A stretch of DNA of 63,224 nucleotides, filler included, from Pelomyxa schiedti (GCA_020536535.1; 12 parts of 12 records of this genome joined end to end with filler, not necessarily neighbours in it), one strand, 5' to 3'; shown: positions 49,805 to 62,506, numbered from the whole stretch's first letter. The notes: generated by a model not told the origin, from the sequence alone. Made by a program: numbers and translations.

Positions 49805-51163
49805 TCAGGCCCAGCATGAAAAGGGTGTTGAGGTGAGGTCAATTGATTTCAAACCAGTGATGCTGAGGGCCAGGCACAGAAACCCACTTGTTGGCTCAAT
49901 CACATTGATCACACCGCCAAACACGCTGAAAATGAAGCCACAATTGGCCATGACCTTCCCCTGTGTCATTTTGATTCCCTTGCCTTGTGATTTTGCGTTG
50001 GCAGTGGCTGATAGAGCAACAGCATTGAGTGGCTGAGTTGGGTTGTCACGGTGGTACAGATTGCACTGCACTTGTTTCTTGTTCGTGCAGAATGACACGC
50101 AGAACAGAGTGTCAGTCACACGGAACACACCAACCACGTTGTGCATGACTGGTGTTGGAATCGAAGTGCCTTCCTGCACGTGATGAGCCTCCTGAATTAA
50201 ATCACAGAGCCGAGTCTTCACAACGAAGGTGCGTGATCCAAAAGATGAAGATGAAGAAGAAGAAGAGCAGTGATGATCCCAGTTCCTCATCACCACAAGA
50301 GAAACAAACGAGTGGCCAAGGGGGAACTCGCACGTGGTTGTGCTCAGCACAGCCAGGCTCCTGCTGTTGTGTGTCTGCTCCACATCGACAACAACAATCA
50401 CGGTCCTGTTCTCTGTGGAGCGAGTTACAATGACCTCGCTGTCGACTGACTGGTCAGGGTACACCCCCACATGGCCCATGCCCTCCAGTTGTGGCACTGG
50501 CACAACAACTGAACTGCATGCCAGTCCCTTGCCATCACGTCCACAATGGTGGCCCTCCCGATCCACCCGCCGTGTAACGGTCAGGTTCACCTTGTGGCTG
50601 TCGTCGGGCATCCACGATCGTATCCCATCAGCCGGCCCCGCTGTAGCTGCCCACCTCGCGCCAATCACGTGGCCGTACCACGGGGCGCTGGCCACGGCTT
50701 CCTCCTCCTCATTGCCCCCACTCCCCCCGCGGCCCAGTTCCTTGATTGTCAGCACTCCTCCCCCTCCTCCCGCTCCTGCCTCTCCTTTCTCCGCCACGCT
50801 GCTGGGTCCCACGCGAGACACCCTGCGTGGGTGCGCAGGGACCCTCGTGGGCGGGGACGAGACGCCCAGGAGCAGCGGGGACAGCACCACAGAGACCGCG
50901 ACGGTGGTCCTGGACCGCCGGTCGGCCGCGGCACCGAACGGGGTGCCGCGGAGATCCAGGACGAAGGTGCGGAGAGTGGGGCGGACGAGGTCAGACCACA
51001 GGGAGCGGACGAGCCAGGCGGCGTGGCCGCGGCCAATGACCGCAACCATGGGGCTCCCCGCCCCGCACCGCCCGATCGTGGCCGCCGCGGCCAGGGTGCC
51101 CATCTGTCCCCGCGTCGTGGTGGTGCAGGTCACCACCGACACTTCCCCCCTCTTTGTTGCCAT
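49805..51163 (-). CDS. Orphan family protein (TRGQMGTLA..RCGAGSP motif), 452 aa
   Basis: Long intronless ORF. LSPLLLGV and VVDVEQT..SLAVLSTTTC motifs are shared with 12628-14067. Confidence 0.85.
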   Translation of the reverse strand: MATKRGEVSVVTCTTTTRGQMGTLAAAATIGRCGAGSPMVAVIGRGHAAWLVRSLWSDLVRPTLRTFVLDLRGTPFGAAADRRSRTTVAVSVVLSPLLLGVSSPPTRVPAHPRRVSRVGPSSVAEKGEAGAGGGGGVLTIKELGRGGSGGNEEEEAVASAPWYGHVIGARWAATAGPADGIRSWMPDDSHKVNLTVTRRVDREGHHCGRDGKGLACSSVVVPVPQLEGMGHVGVYPDQSVDSEVIVTRSTENRTVIVVVDVEQTHNSRSLAVLSTTTCEFPLGHSFVSLVVMRNWDHHCSSSSSSSSFGSRTFVVKTRLCDLIQEAHHVQEGTSIPTPVMHNVVGVFRVTDTLFCVSFCTNKKQVQCNLYHRDNPTQPLNAVALSATANAKSQGKGIKMTQGKVMANCGFIFSVFGGVINVIEPTSGFLCLALSITGLKSIDLTSTPFSCWA

Positions 51164-51244
51164 TGTATTCGGCTACGTCTTTTGACCTTTGTTTACTGAG
51201 AATACAATGTATTGGCTTTTCCAAACCAAACAAACGGAGCTTTG

Positions 51245-52526
51245 TCACCAAAGTGCAGGGAACAACTCACGGCAGACATCCCAGGGGACTGGCGACGGTG
51301 GTTCCACAAGGAGTTCTGCTTGTTCTTCTTCTGTGAATTGGTTGGTGCTGTTGTATGTGTACAGAGAGGGTGGAACAACAACCATGAGGGGTGGTGGCGG
51401 TGGTTGTTGTGGTGTAGTCACACTGGTGGCCGCTGGGTCCTGTTGATGCGACGGTGCAGGTGAAAACGGTGGTGGTGGTGGTGATGATGATGTGGTGTCA
51501 ACAAGGGGAAGAGGTTCCACGTCGGGATCGTCGTCGTTCTCGTTGTTGTTGTACCAATTGAATTGAGGGATTATGGGAGCAGTTGGCATGGTGGTTGGTG
51601 GGGGCGGAATAACCGGGATCGTAAGATTGGGGAATTGATGAGGCCAGGACCAGGGGTTGTTGTTGTTGCCACACATATATGGAATTTCCGGTAAGGTTTG
51701 GGTGTTGAACATGAAAGGAGCGAGGATATTTGTTGTGATCGGTGGTGCTGTTGTTGTTGAGGGGGAGGTGGAAGTGGAATAATTTTCCAGGAATTGTGGC
51801 TGCTGAAAGTCCTGAGTGAAGCGGATCGGTTGTACCTCGGGAACCTGAGCCGGAGCAGTTGCGGTGGCGGTGGTGGTACAATAGTTTTCAGCAGCGGTTT
51901 TTATCAAACAGGGCCTTGTCACTGTTTTGGGGGTCAGTTGGTCCAGTCACACCAAAAAAAAGGAAGAAAGAACGAACCAATGCAGTGAGGTGTCTTGATC
52001 CAGGTTCCCGAGTGAAATACAACCAGCCTGAGTGTCAACGGACCTTCGTAGCAACCGAGGTTGTTGTTTTTGGTGTTGCCGGACTTTTGACTCTCGTTGA
52101 CGAACCGGAAGTTCCCATCTGTGAGGTAGTCTCCGTTGTTGAAGCACAGAACCTTTGCGGAAGGATGGAGTGTTACCAAAGCAGTCACCTCACAGGCGAT
52201 GAGACAGCCGTCCTTCAGAGGGAGGCAGTTGGGAGTTCTTCCGTCGTAGTGCGGAACATAGCACAGAACGTAGTTCGGTGTCTTGAACTCCCAGGATGCA
52301 ATGTAAAGGTCATCCTTGGACAGCAACTTCCTGGCAGAATCGGAATCCTCGTTGTAAGAGGTGAAGGCCTCACAGGGCAGCACGAGGTTCCTCTCGTTGC
52401 AGTCACGTGGCGCAATGACGTGGATGTACCTTCGCGATAGCTTTATCATAATCCTGCCCAGTTGATGGCGCATTGTCCGATTATTTTCCCTGCAATAAGG
52501 CACGTGTTGAATAAACAAACATTACA
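51245..52526 (-). CDS. Hypothetical protein, probably 5'-partial; globular domain plus Pro/Thr/Asn-rich tail
   Basis: ORFs 51934-52518 and 51245-51922 are separated by a T-rich intron-like segment (~51935-51977). Confidence 0.55.
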
Positions 52527-52626
52527 NNNNNNNNNNNNNNNNNNNNNNNNNNNNNNNNNNNNNNNNNNNNTTAATTAATTAANNNNNNNNNNNNNNNNNN
52601 NNNNNNNNNNNNNNNNNNNNNNNNNN

Positions 52627-53124
52627 TCTCAGCACCACACACACGCAGCGCGAAGCATAAATACTCACCCGACGCTCTCAGGTATTCAATTACCTTTGCC
52701 CTCAGTGCAGATACACGCTCAAGACCGCTCCCACTCCCATTCACAGTGTGGAAAGCACTCTCCCACCAAGCAACACGTCTCCCATCCCACAATCGCGGCA
52801 GCTGGCACCCCACGTGTCCACCAACCAACAGCCCAACCACGGTCGCACTCACTTCCTTCACAACAACAACGCCAACGCCAAAACCCTGCGGCACACGAGC
52901 CCCACGATGGGGAACATCGCCTCGGCGGCGCGGAACAGGTCGGCGTGGCGGCGCTCGAGGGCGTCGGGCTTGGTGTGCCCTCGCGAGTCCCTGGGCCCGT
53001 CGAGCCACCCCGGCGACACAACGTGGTCCCAGACGACTCGCGACACAACGAGAAGCCTGTCGATTGTGCCACCATGATCATCGTCCCGTTTAGACGGCGG
53101 TGTGGTGCGTTGTTGTGACGACAT
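52627..53124 (-). pseudogene. 5' part of an ankyrin-like orphan family gene, frameshifted
   Basis: LVVSRVVWDHVV..AAEAMFPIVGLVCRRVL resembles VSRVVWDAVL / VGEALFPLRGLVCRALV at 1640-2070. Frame change near 52860. Confidence 0.55.
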
Positions 53125-53335
53125 CGTGGATATATTCTTCTGGTGAAGAGACGGATGTTGATGGATTTCTGGGAATCTACCGGAAGAGAGGCAATGGTGC
53201 TATGAATCAAGGTCCTGTGTACATAATCACGGAACTCGTTGAACGTGAGTCCAAAGGCGTTGATTGTGTGGATTGCAACGTGTGGGGCTTGTGGCGACAT
53301 CGTAAGGACACGGCGAAAAAAATCGATTCTCTTTG

Positions 53336-54845
53336 TCAGAGTGGAATTCCAAGCCACAGCTTGACTTGGGATGAAAAGGGTTCTCCGCGCTTCCCTCCCT
53401 GCTGCACATAGTCGCGGTATTCGTGGATTGTGAGTCCAAAGGAGCTGATCGTGTGGATTGCAACGTGTGGTGAACGAGACACGAGTGGCATCAAGTGCTT
53501 GCGAATCAGCGTGGCGTCAATTGTGGGACCATAGTGGTTCAGAATCATGTGCCAACCTGTGAGGTCAATGCAGTTGTCATCACTTAATTGGGCCATGGAT
53601 AAGATCTATTTGTTGTGTGTTTAGTTTGTTGTTGGGTTTAAAACTAAATTAGTTTCTCAAAAACTAACACATACGTCATCCAAAGGAATGTCAAAAGTGT
53701 TGATGAGCCACTGTGCACAACGGTTCTTATTCCTTGATATCAATTTGAACAAGAGGTGGTTGTTGTTGGCCTTTATTTGAGTGTATTGCACGTTGAACTT
53801 GCGGATCACCCACTTGACAACCTTGCTTGAGTACGGGTGGAACTCTTGAGAAGTGAGGCAGTGTCCAACGAACTCTGATGTCAAAAGAAGAAGCAGAACC
53901 AGAACCTGTGCATAGTAGCTGTAACCCTTTCAGGTTATCCTTCATAAAAGTGGAGGTTAAATTCTCAAACTGGACAGGGTCTTTGTGTGGCTCAAATGAA
54001 AGAGAACTTCTCCAGCAACAAAACAACAGAATTCACGCGATATTCGAGAGCCAGTGAAATTGCCTTGTGAATGGATCCCATGTCTATTGTTTTTGTTGAA
54101 GGATGTGAGAGGTGCTGAAGGAACCACTCCAATCCTACCACCTTGTCTTTATTGTACTCTTTGCCTCTCTCAACCAAGCAGTATTCAGCAAACTTTGGGC
54201 TGGAATTCACGACATCCATCACGTGGAAGGCTTCATCCAACCACTCTGCAACTTCAATGTTGCTCCAGCGGAGTGCACACACAAGTGATTTGATGATGTC
54301 ATTTTGAGAGAGTGACACCCTTGTTGACAGCCACTTGGCAAGTGTGGATCCTTTTTTCCTTGATGTCGAACACGCTGATTCAAATGTTTCTGCTGTTGGT
54401 GTGAACCCCTGCTCCGTGACAAGCCACTGGGTGAGTTCCACATTTCCAGTATTCATGCAGACGTGGTTGAGCTCATCTTCACTTGGGTGAGGGGGGAACG
54501 TTGTGAGCAACCACTTGACAACATCTGGATTGTGCACACTGTACAGCATGTATTCATAACACCTAGAGGGAAAGTACTCCCCCACACATGCCCATTGTAA
54601 ATCTTCCACGGTGCTGTGCTTATTGCGCACAATTGCCGAGGTCAATATGCTCATGTTGGGTTCACCTGGGAAGTTTTCCAGGCACCACTTCAAGTTTCGA
54701 GTAGAACAAGGCGACCAGGCACATGAGTAATAAAGGTAAGAAAACGCTGTTTGGTGCAAATTCCTCCCAAGCCCAAACTTCTCAGACATCCACTTCACAA
54801 CTTCCATTTTCCCAGCAGACATACAGGTCAGAAGTGGCTGATACA
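53336..54845 (-). CDS. Ankyrin-like orphan family protein, 5'-partial; paralog of 1889-4001
   Basis: LAKWLSTRVSLSQ, SNIEVAEWL, GLEWFLQHL, SSKVVKWVI and CAQWLINTFDIPLDDV align with the 2921-3844 protein. An intron appears at the equivalent position. Confidence 0.7.
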
Positions 54846-54945
54846 NNNNNNNNNNNNNNNNNNNNNNNNNNNNNNNNNNNNNNNNNNNNTTAATTAATTA
54901 ANNNNNNNNNNNNNNNNNNNNNNNNNNNNNNNNNNNNNNNNNNNN

Positions 54946-55609
54946 TACAACCAGGTTGAACCACATCACCATCAACAACCCTCCAAACACACATTTCTCT
55001 AGAATTGTGGAATCCAACAGTCCACTTTCTGTTGCAATACAGCTGTATACATGGTGCATCCACAGTCCCAACTGGTCTTGGCTCTGCTCCATCACAACCA
55101 ACTTCCACAATTGTGTGTTTCGTCGCAGGGCTCCCAGTGAGGCGCCAATTCAGCATGAACCTGTTGTGCCCCACACAGCCGTACACAATGACAGAGTTTC
55201 TCGAGAACCAGGAGTGCCTGACCACTCCCAGTGTTGGTGACACACTCACAAACAAGAAGTGGTCTCTTATTGGGAGCCTGAACACAGCTTCGTCACACGG
55301 CCTGAGCACCCAGTCCTCAGCCCACGCCCTGAACACTTCAGTTGATCGAATCCACTCAATCATGGACTGTGGAACACAGCAACAGCAACCACTACCATCA
55401 ACACCGCCATGTGGTGGTGGCTCCATTGTTTCTGATGTTAGTCTTCTTCTTGCTGTTGTTGCTGTTTCTTCTGTGATTGGGGCACAAAGGAGGGCCAACA
55501 CTTGTGACTTGGCAGTGGTCAGTATTTGTGGGGTGACATTTCTTTCTCTCTCTCGCTGCTGTTGTTCCAGTTGTTGTTTTTGTGTCATCGTGGATTCGTT
55601 GTGTCCCAT
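54946..55609 (-). CDS. Orphan family protein, 3'-partial; close paralog of 48109-49728
   Basis: TTAKSQVLALLCAP, WAEDWVLRP, VSVSPTLGVV and CNRKWTVG. Confidence 0.8.
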
Positions 55610-55669
55610 AGTGCCCTTTCCGTGATGTTTTTGTTGTTCATCAACTTCATGATTTCTGTGAACGTGGAA

Positions 55670-55986
55670 ATGAGCGACCAAGAGGAGGTTGTTGTGAGGG
55701 TTACGGGGCTCAGGTGCGAGGAGCAGATGCAGGCACTGGCCGCGTGCACCCTCGCGCGGTGCGGCGCCCGCAGCCCCGCCAGGTCCCTCACCCCCGCTGC
55801 CCTCTCTCTACTGTGGGACTCCCTCACCCGCGGCGAGCGGTGCATCACCCCCCTCCGCCTGGTGCTTCGCCGGCGCCCCGCCTCGGTGCGCACCCCCGCC
55901 CGCGCCCCCCACGCCCTCCGCCTGGCCGTCTGCCCGCTCCTGGGCAGCCTCCTCCTCCCCCTCCCCCGCCCGCCGCTCGCCCCGTT
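55670..55986 (+). CDS. Orphan family protein, 3'-partial
   Basis: MSDQEE...CEEQMQALAACTLARCGARSPARSL family motif. Runs into the spacer. Confidence 0.7.
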
Positions 55987-56086
55987 NNNNNNNNNNNNNN
56001 NNNNNNNNNNNNNNNNNNNNNNNNNNNNNNTTAATTAATTAANNNNNNNNNNNNNNNNNNNNNNNNNNNNNNNNNNNNNNNNNNNN

Positions 56087-56537
56087 AAAACGACGAACCA
56101 TTCATTCTCAACACATTTCTGTCTCCATCCTTGGAGTAAAAAAGTGAATAAAGAAATTTGAAGGTGAAGTGGATGTAAACCTGAACAAAGCCTTGTTGAG
56201 GAAGGGGAATAACGTTGTAAGGGTTGGGACCAGGTACCACCGATGGCATGGATTTCACAGTGTTGATCCTATACAGGAAAAGGGATTTCAATGCAAAGTA
56301 GTAGCAAGAGTGAGAGACATACACTTGTTGCGCAACAACAATGGAATCATTCTGGTTCCAGTGGGAATTTTCCCCCCACGGCGGGAGATAGCACCCCGGC
56401 GATATTTCGCTTGAAGGTGTTTGGTTGTTTGCTGTTGGAGTGTTGTTGCTGTATATATAATTTCGTGTTGGTTGTTGGTTTTGAAGTGAATTTTGTGTGG
56501 TGGGCAGCTCGTGGTGGTGGCTGTGGGTGCCTCCCAT
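56087..56537 (-). CDS. Hypothetical protein, 3'-partial, spliced
   Basis: ATG 56537 gives MGGTHS (possible myristoylation start). The ORF is interrupted by intron-like segments. Confidence 0.35.
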
Positions 56538-57035
56538 AAGAGTAATGGGGGAAGTGGCCGATACGCCACGAACAGCACGGGGGTCCATCGACGCTTAAAC
56601 GTTCAACCGATATTTGGCAGTTGGTGTGGTTTTTTGTTTTTGTTTTCTTGTGTGTTCTTGTGGTTCCCCCGATTCTCTTCAGCGTTTCGATCGCCCTGGC
56701 GCGCTTTTGGGTTTCCCCAAAACCTTCGAAAGGCAGCGTGTACCCATTTGGGTGAAAAAGTTCGCAAACCTCGAGCGAACCCGTTGCAGCGCGACATCAA
56801 ACCGAACTTTGTTTCCAAATTGGTCAATGTTCCTGTAAACTGTTTTTGGGTCTCAGATTCATTCTGTAGGCTTGTCCGTCAGCAGGCATTTTCCATGGAA
56901 TGGGACAATTATTAATAATAATAATTATGTCCAATATTACCAGTAATATTAGAGTGGAAGTTGTGGGAAGCACCTTGGCTTAGAAGCGAGGCATTAAAAG
57001 CAAAGTTGAACGAAAGCTCGAGTACCGCGAAAAAC

Positions 57036-58229
57036 ATGGGAGACGACAACGACGTTTCTCGTGTGAGTTGCGGCGTGTGTGGTCGCCTCTACGACTGCTG
57101 CGAGTCCCCTCTCGCTCTGCCGACACCAACCGCATCTCCTAACGCAGCTACACCAACAACAGCATCGACGACAACGACTCCAAAAGCCGACGCCACCACC
57201 TCCGCCTCCTCCGCGGCCTCCGCCTCCTCCGACTTGTTGTTGTTGTCCTCATCATCATCATCCGGGGTGCCGGTTGTGATGCCGTGCGGGTGCGGGCACA
57301 CTGTGTGCGCGGGGTGCGCCGACGCCGGCAGATCCCTCGCCATCCTGTGTGGTGGTTCCGCCGGTGGCTGGCCTGGCACCAGTGGGACACACCAACAAGA
57401 GGAACCAGGGTTTTTGGAACTGTTGGGCATCATCATCACCCCGGAGCTGGAATGACGTCACCAGCACCACCTTCCACCAACGTAGTCTGAATTACTTGTT
57501 AATACTTAATCGCAATTTCATAAGTATTTACTACTTATAAAACGAAATGATAAACCATTGCCGTACTTAGTGTTTAGTATTATCAGTTCTAGTATGTTGA
57601 ATAGAAATTCTATTGAGAGGGCTGTGTTACACAAATGTAGCGTTAGAGTTCATTCACTGTTGTTTGACAGGTTCGTGCTGCTGTTGGAACAAGCAAAAAT
57701 TTCGGGGTTTCTGCTGCTGTGACTGATGATCCAATCAAGTGTCTTCTGTGTGGGGCTGTTGGTGTTGTTCCAAGCTCCCTGAGGACAATTGAGGCCCTCA
57801 CTGTCAACGAGTCTCTGTTCCCAGCAATCAACAGTTTCAAATCAGGTGCTCTCCCCCGAAAAATAACTGTAAATTCCTCGACACTGAACAAGCCATTAAA
57901 CCGACTCATTATCTACAGCACCTAAAAGAGTGCTCTGTTCCATGGAATGTGAAAATGAAGCTTCTGTTACCTGTGCTGACTGTGGCTGTACAATGTGCTC
58001 AATGCATGAGAAGATGATTCACTTTGGTTTCCTCAAATCACACACCAGGAGCCCATTGCCTGTCGTCAAGCCATCTACACCAACAACAAGTCATCTCTTC
58101 CCGCCCACACCACCGCCAACACAAATCATGAAATGCAAGGAGCACAATGAACCACTGAAACTGTTCTGCAAATCGTCGTCATCGTCCTCTGCATCGAAAT
58201 CCCCGAGTGAGCAGAACCATCAGCAACAG
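57036..58229 (+). CDS. RING/B-box (TRIM-like) protein, 3'-partial
   Basis: RING: CGVC...PCGCGHTVCAGC...IKCLLC. B-box 1: CSMEC..CADCGCTMCSMH..H..H. Start of B-box 2: KCKEHNEPLKLFC. Confidence 0.8.
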
Positions 58230-58380
58230 NNNNNNNNNNNNNNNNNNNNNNNNNNNNNNNNNNNNNNNNNNNNTTAATTAATTAANNNNNNNNNNNNNNN
58301 NNNNNNNNNNNNNNNNNNNNNNNNNNNNNCTCTCTTTTTGTTTTTTTCTATTACTATTATTAATTAATTGTTATCAATAG

Positions 58381-59897
58381 ATGAGTGGGACAGAGTACCG
58401 AAGTGTCCAGAAGGAATGAAAGAGGCGTTTCTGGCCAAAGTAATGCTACTTATTGAGGAACACAAAGCCGACTCTGACGTTACATGTAACGACTGTTACA
58501 TATTAATCTTGTAATACTACAGTCTATTCTTTGCTAAAAACCATAGGGAATAATTCCTCTTTGTTCAGATTTGACTCGTTTACTTGGAACCCTCCGGTTA
58601 TGCTGCCGTGATCCATCGGGACTCTCTGTGGTGCTCACAGGGAGTGCTTTCTCTTCAATTCTGCACTTTGCAGAACTTATAGACGATACCCCTCGGTCAC
58701 CTTTACTGGCTGAGGAGTCCACGAAAGTCTTACTCAATTTTGTGATGAAGCATACACCATTCAGAGCCAGTTTCATTGAGCACAATGCTCATATGCAAGC
58801 TATTGAAAAACTAAAGGTTTTGACCCTGAGTTTTCATTTGACCTAACAAATATCAGAAGTACAATTCTCTCTCAGAAGAGCACTTGTACATGTTACTGCG
58901 GGTGATTGGTCAAGTCTGTTTGAACTTTGACTCTGCATGTTCCATGAATAAGAATGGCGTACTCCTTGCTACTTTTGTGGTGTGCTCTCTCAGTTACGTA
59001 AAGAAAGTCATGACTCAAATCAGATATTGCAACAGTACCAAACTTCAGAGCGTTTTGGCTTGGATGTTCCTCCTCGTACTGTAGTCCAAGCTATTCGAGT
59101 TGTATTTATAGTAACGATGATCTTCAGCCTACTAAACTCTTCTGGAACAACGGTTGACCCAACTCCACAAGATTTACAGACTTTTGGGCTGTAAGTTTTT
59201 GTACACTTAATTGCCAATTTAGTTCTAACTCGTGCAAGCTTATCTGCTTTTTGGAATCAGATTCTAATATGTGAGTCACCATGTATGGAGGAGGTGAAAG
59301 AGATAGTGGTCAGTTGTTTAGTGAATAGTCCCCGGGGATGGCATACAATTGTTTCCAGCGAAATTCTCCATGGAGTTCTTCGTTCACTTTTGAATTTATT
59401 GAACAGGCACCTCACAACTGACCAGTTTGTACTTTTTTTTTTTTTTGGTCAATTTCTTCTTCCTAACTCCTGGACTAGAAAACCAGAAATTATTGTACCA
59501 CTTTGCTTAGTTCTGGCGGGATTAGCAACTACCCAGGAAGAACTAAGACGTTGTATAAAGGACTCCATTTTTACGGCAGAGATAATGGCGCAAAGTGAAC
59601 TAGCAAATGGGTTTGTTTTAAACCCGGCAAAAATAAGGTCTTTAATGCCTCTACAGAGGGAGGACCTTCCCCACAGGAACCGCGGCATTTCACCTGGTAA
59701 AGCTTATGACAACAATGAATATTGGAGTGAAGCACGCTGCAGAAGAGCTAATCTATGGAATATGCAACATGAATGGTACAGAATACACTAGGTGCATTCC
59801 CTAATTACTTCAAGTTAATGCGGTTCTGGACCTGGTTGGATTTGGCAATGCGGCTGGACTGCTGCACTCAAAAAACCTTCTATTCTTTGGTTCCTAG
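58381..59897 (+). CDS. RIC8: Ric8/synembryn G-alpha chaperone-GEF, probably 5'-partial, multi-exon
   Basis: The last exon encodes VGFGNAAGLL, the Ric8 C-terminal signature. LRLCCRDPSGL near the N-terminus. Helical ARM-like exons between. Confidence 0.8.
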
Positions 59898-59952
59898 GAT
59901 TTGTAATTCTACTTTTATTACGATTTTTAAAACAAGAGATTCTTTTTTTTTG

Positions 59953-61599
59953 TCAATACTCCAGGTTATAGGTAAGAAACTGGAGCTTAGTCAGGTCATT
60001 GAAGTTGTAGAGGATGTCACTGAACAGCAGAATGGCACCCATTGGAGAGGATCCAAAGAGGGCCTCAGGTACACAGTCATAAGAATCCCACTGTGTTGGG
60101 TCCAGCGAGGTAAGTTGTGCAGTCTCCAGCGCTGTTAGGACCATGGATACTGCTTGTTGCAATACAATAGTATCCCCAGTTTTGCGGTAGAAGTCTATCA
60201 TCATGTACACATTTGCCGAGACTCCATGACATAGCATCATTCCTTTTGTGAGTATACCTATCTCAGATATCAACTGCGAACCAAGCAGTCCCGACTGCCG
60301 GTACTTGTCGTCATGGAATACCCTGTAGGCCTCACCAATTGGTCCCAAAAGGCCAGGTATACCATGGCACCTTATTTAATGTTAGCAAGTTCCGCACTGA
60401 AGACGTCAACACACCATTGAGTTCTGTCAGGTCTCTTATCGCCGGGAATCTGCCCCTCAGGAGTCTGGAGTTCAAGGTAATAATCCACAGTTGCTCTGGC
60501 GTGCTGGAGTACTGTATCGTTGACAAGCAGGTTGTGATTCAATAGAGTATAAACAGGAGAGCCGCTTCCATGCGAACCAAAGCCGGTCCAATAGTGCCCT
60601 TCATAGTATTCATAGAGCAGGGCACCACTTGTCTGGTTCTCATTCTGTATTCCCTCTTCAAAAATGAGTTCCAGGACCCTCTTTATCTTCTCTGAACTGA
60701 CCACCTCCTTTCCGAAATAGTTGTTGAGGTAGTCACCAGCATACACGATTCCAGAGAGGCCCGATTCCCAATCAAAGTAGTCCCCAGGTTTTGTCTGATC
60801 GAAAATCCAATTCACCTCCTCTATTAGCTCATTCACCTTGGTACTATTTCCGAGTATATCATACAGAACAGCACCAACAGCGCACACCTTGTTGCACGAA
60901 GGTATTACTATTAACCAGTAGCCTATTAGTTACTATTTAAACTAGAACTAGAAGGTACCCCTATTCTGCCCTTCTGGAAAGCCACTTCATAGCCGGGATA
61001 GTCAGTTGGGTAGTTCAAAAGAGAGTAATCCACGTATTCCTTAGCGTGGTTCAGATAACCCTCATTACCAGACTGCTTGTACAGCCTCAAGAACATAGCA
61101 CCGATTCCACAGCTACCCCAGTACACTGCTGGCAAACAACATCCCTGAAACACAAAAGGGAATAACAATAACACAGAATAGGTAAATAAATTAGTTTCGA
61201 AACTAACGGTATAAAAACGAAACGATGCTGCGAGGGAAGCGAAAAAAAAATGTCGAAAGTAAATGCAATGAATGAATTGACACACCTGGTAATCCGGGGG
61301 AAAGTCGTCGAGAACTAGTGCCACTGCGACGTCGATGAAGTCCTGCATCTGTTGCCTGTACTTTGGCGGGATCGACGTGGTGTTGTAGTCAGGGAACATG
61401 TTGTCATAGTGTCGTGCCTTGGGCGTCGCTGCCTTGCATCCTTGGTCACTCCCTGAGATGAGAGAACCAACCAGTTGGGGGTTAAAAAACGAGGAATGAT
61501 TGCACATGAAAAAAACAAGGACTGGCAAGGCAAACCTGCAAGGACGTTGGTTGCACTCAACAGAGCAACGAGGGAAACAACAATCAGGAGGGTTGACAT
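59953..61599 (-). CDS. LANCL: LanC-like (lanthionine synthetase C-like) protein with an N-terminal signal peptide, multi-exon
   Basis: VYWGSCGIG, WESGLSG, GSHGSG, spliced TQWCHGIPG and LCHGVSAN motifs. Exon 1 encodes MSTLLIVVSLVALLSATNVLA. Confidence 0.85.
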
Positions 61600-61940
61600 G
61601 TTGCTCAGCACTCCTGAATTTTGGAAACAAAGTTTTCACCTTAGGNNNNNNNNNNNNNNNNNNNNNNNNNNNNNNNNNNNNNNNNNNNNTTAATTAATTA
61701 ANNNNNNNNNNNNNNNNNNNNNNNNNNNNNNNNNNNNNNNNNNNNGAACTACAGAAACGACGAGCCGAGAGAGCAGCCCGCATGAAGGCCCTACTCGGAA
61801 AGTCCTAAACACACATTAAAGTACCCTGCTGTTGTGTACCGTGGATAAAAAAAATACGTTGTACTCATACGCACCTTTCACAAAACATAAAGGTACCTTT
61901 TTATCGCCACAGGTAAATGGCCAAGTACAAGAAAAAAGGA

Positions 61941-62022
61941 TGCAGGCAGTGGGGTTCGAACCCACGCATCTCACGATAGCTGAGCTTAAATCAGCCGCCT
62001 TAGACCTCTCGGCCATACCTGC
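61941..62022 (-). tRNA. trnL-TAA: tRNA-Leu(TAA)
   Basis: GCAGGTA/TGCCTGC acceptor stem, anticodon arm GCTGA-TTTAAGC-TCAGC, long variable arm, GGTTCGAACCC, downstream T-run. Confidence 0.96.
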
Positions 62023-62120
62023 TTAGATAGTCAATTGGCCAGCTGCAAACGACCAGCCGAATCCTCTAGGAATTGTTGAGATCACTTAAAGCCGGAACTG
62101 AGAGCTTCTTGTCTCTGAAA

Positions 62121-62202
62121 GCGTCGGTGGCGGAGTTGGTCTAACGCGGTGCACTCAAGATGCATTTCCTTTGGAGCCTGGGTTCGAATCCCAGCCGGCG
62201 CA
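62121..62202 (+). tRNA. trnL-CAA: tRNA-Leu(CAA)
   Basis: Anticodon arm GTGCA-CTCAAGA-TGCAT, GGTTCGAATCC, T6 terminator. Confidence 0.95.
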
Positions 62203-62318
62203 GTCTTTTTTACAACAAAGCAAGAGAAAATCAACACTGAGAAAGACAAGAACCAGAGAAGGTTATTGCCCCACAATACGACAAGGGACCAGACAAGGAA
62301 CGAGTCAAAAAAGGTTTG

Positions 62319-62390
62319 TGGCCCAGCTCAGAATCGAACTGAGATCAAGAGAGCCAAAATCTCCCATACTAACCATTATACTACGGAGCC
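62319..62390 (-). tRNA. trnQ-TTG: tRNA-Gln(TTG)
   Basis: GGCTCCGTAGTATAATGGTTAG..., anticodon arm GGAGA-TTTTGGC-TCTCT, GTTCGATTC. One acceptor-stem mismatch. Confidence 0.92.
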
Positions 62391-62506
62391 TTTGAAATGT
62401 GAGTGACTCTCAGAAACTTCTTTTTACAAGTTGGAAAAAAACTTCTTACAATGTGTATAGCATGGAAGAAGCATTGAGATATTATTCCTCCACCCGGATT
62501 GAAAGA

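Noticed and set aside
50334-51199. Long antisense ORFs over GC-rich genes (also 7926-8738 and 30446-30982)
   Set aside because: Shadow ORFs on the opposite strand of better-supported family genes.
20896-61745. Recurrent TTAATTAATTAA palindrome as a biological motif (e.g. piggyBac target sites)
   Set aside because: Always centred in exactly 44+44 Ns; it is an artificial six-frame stop linker.
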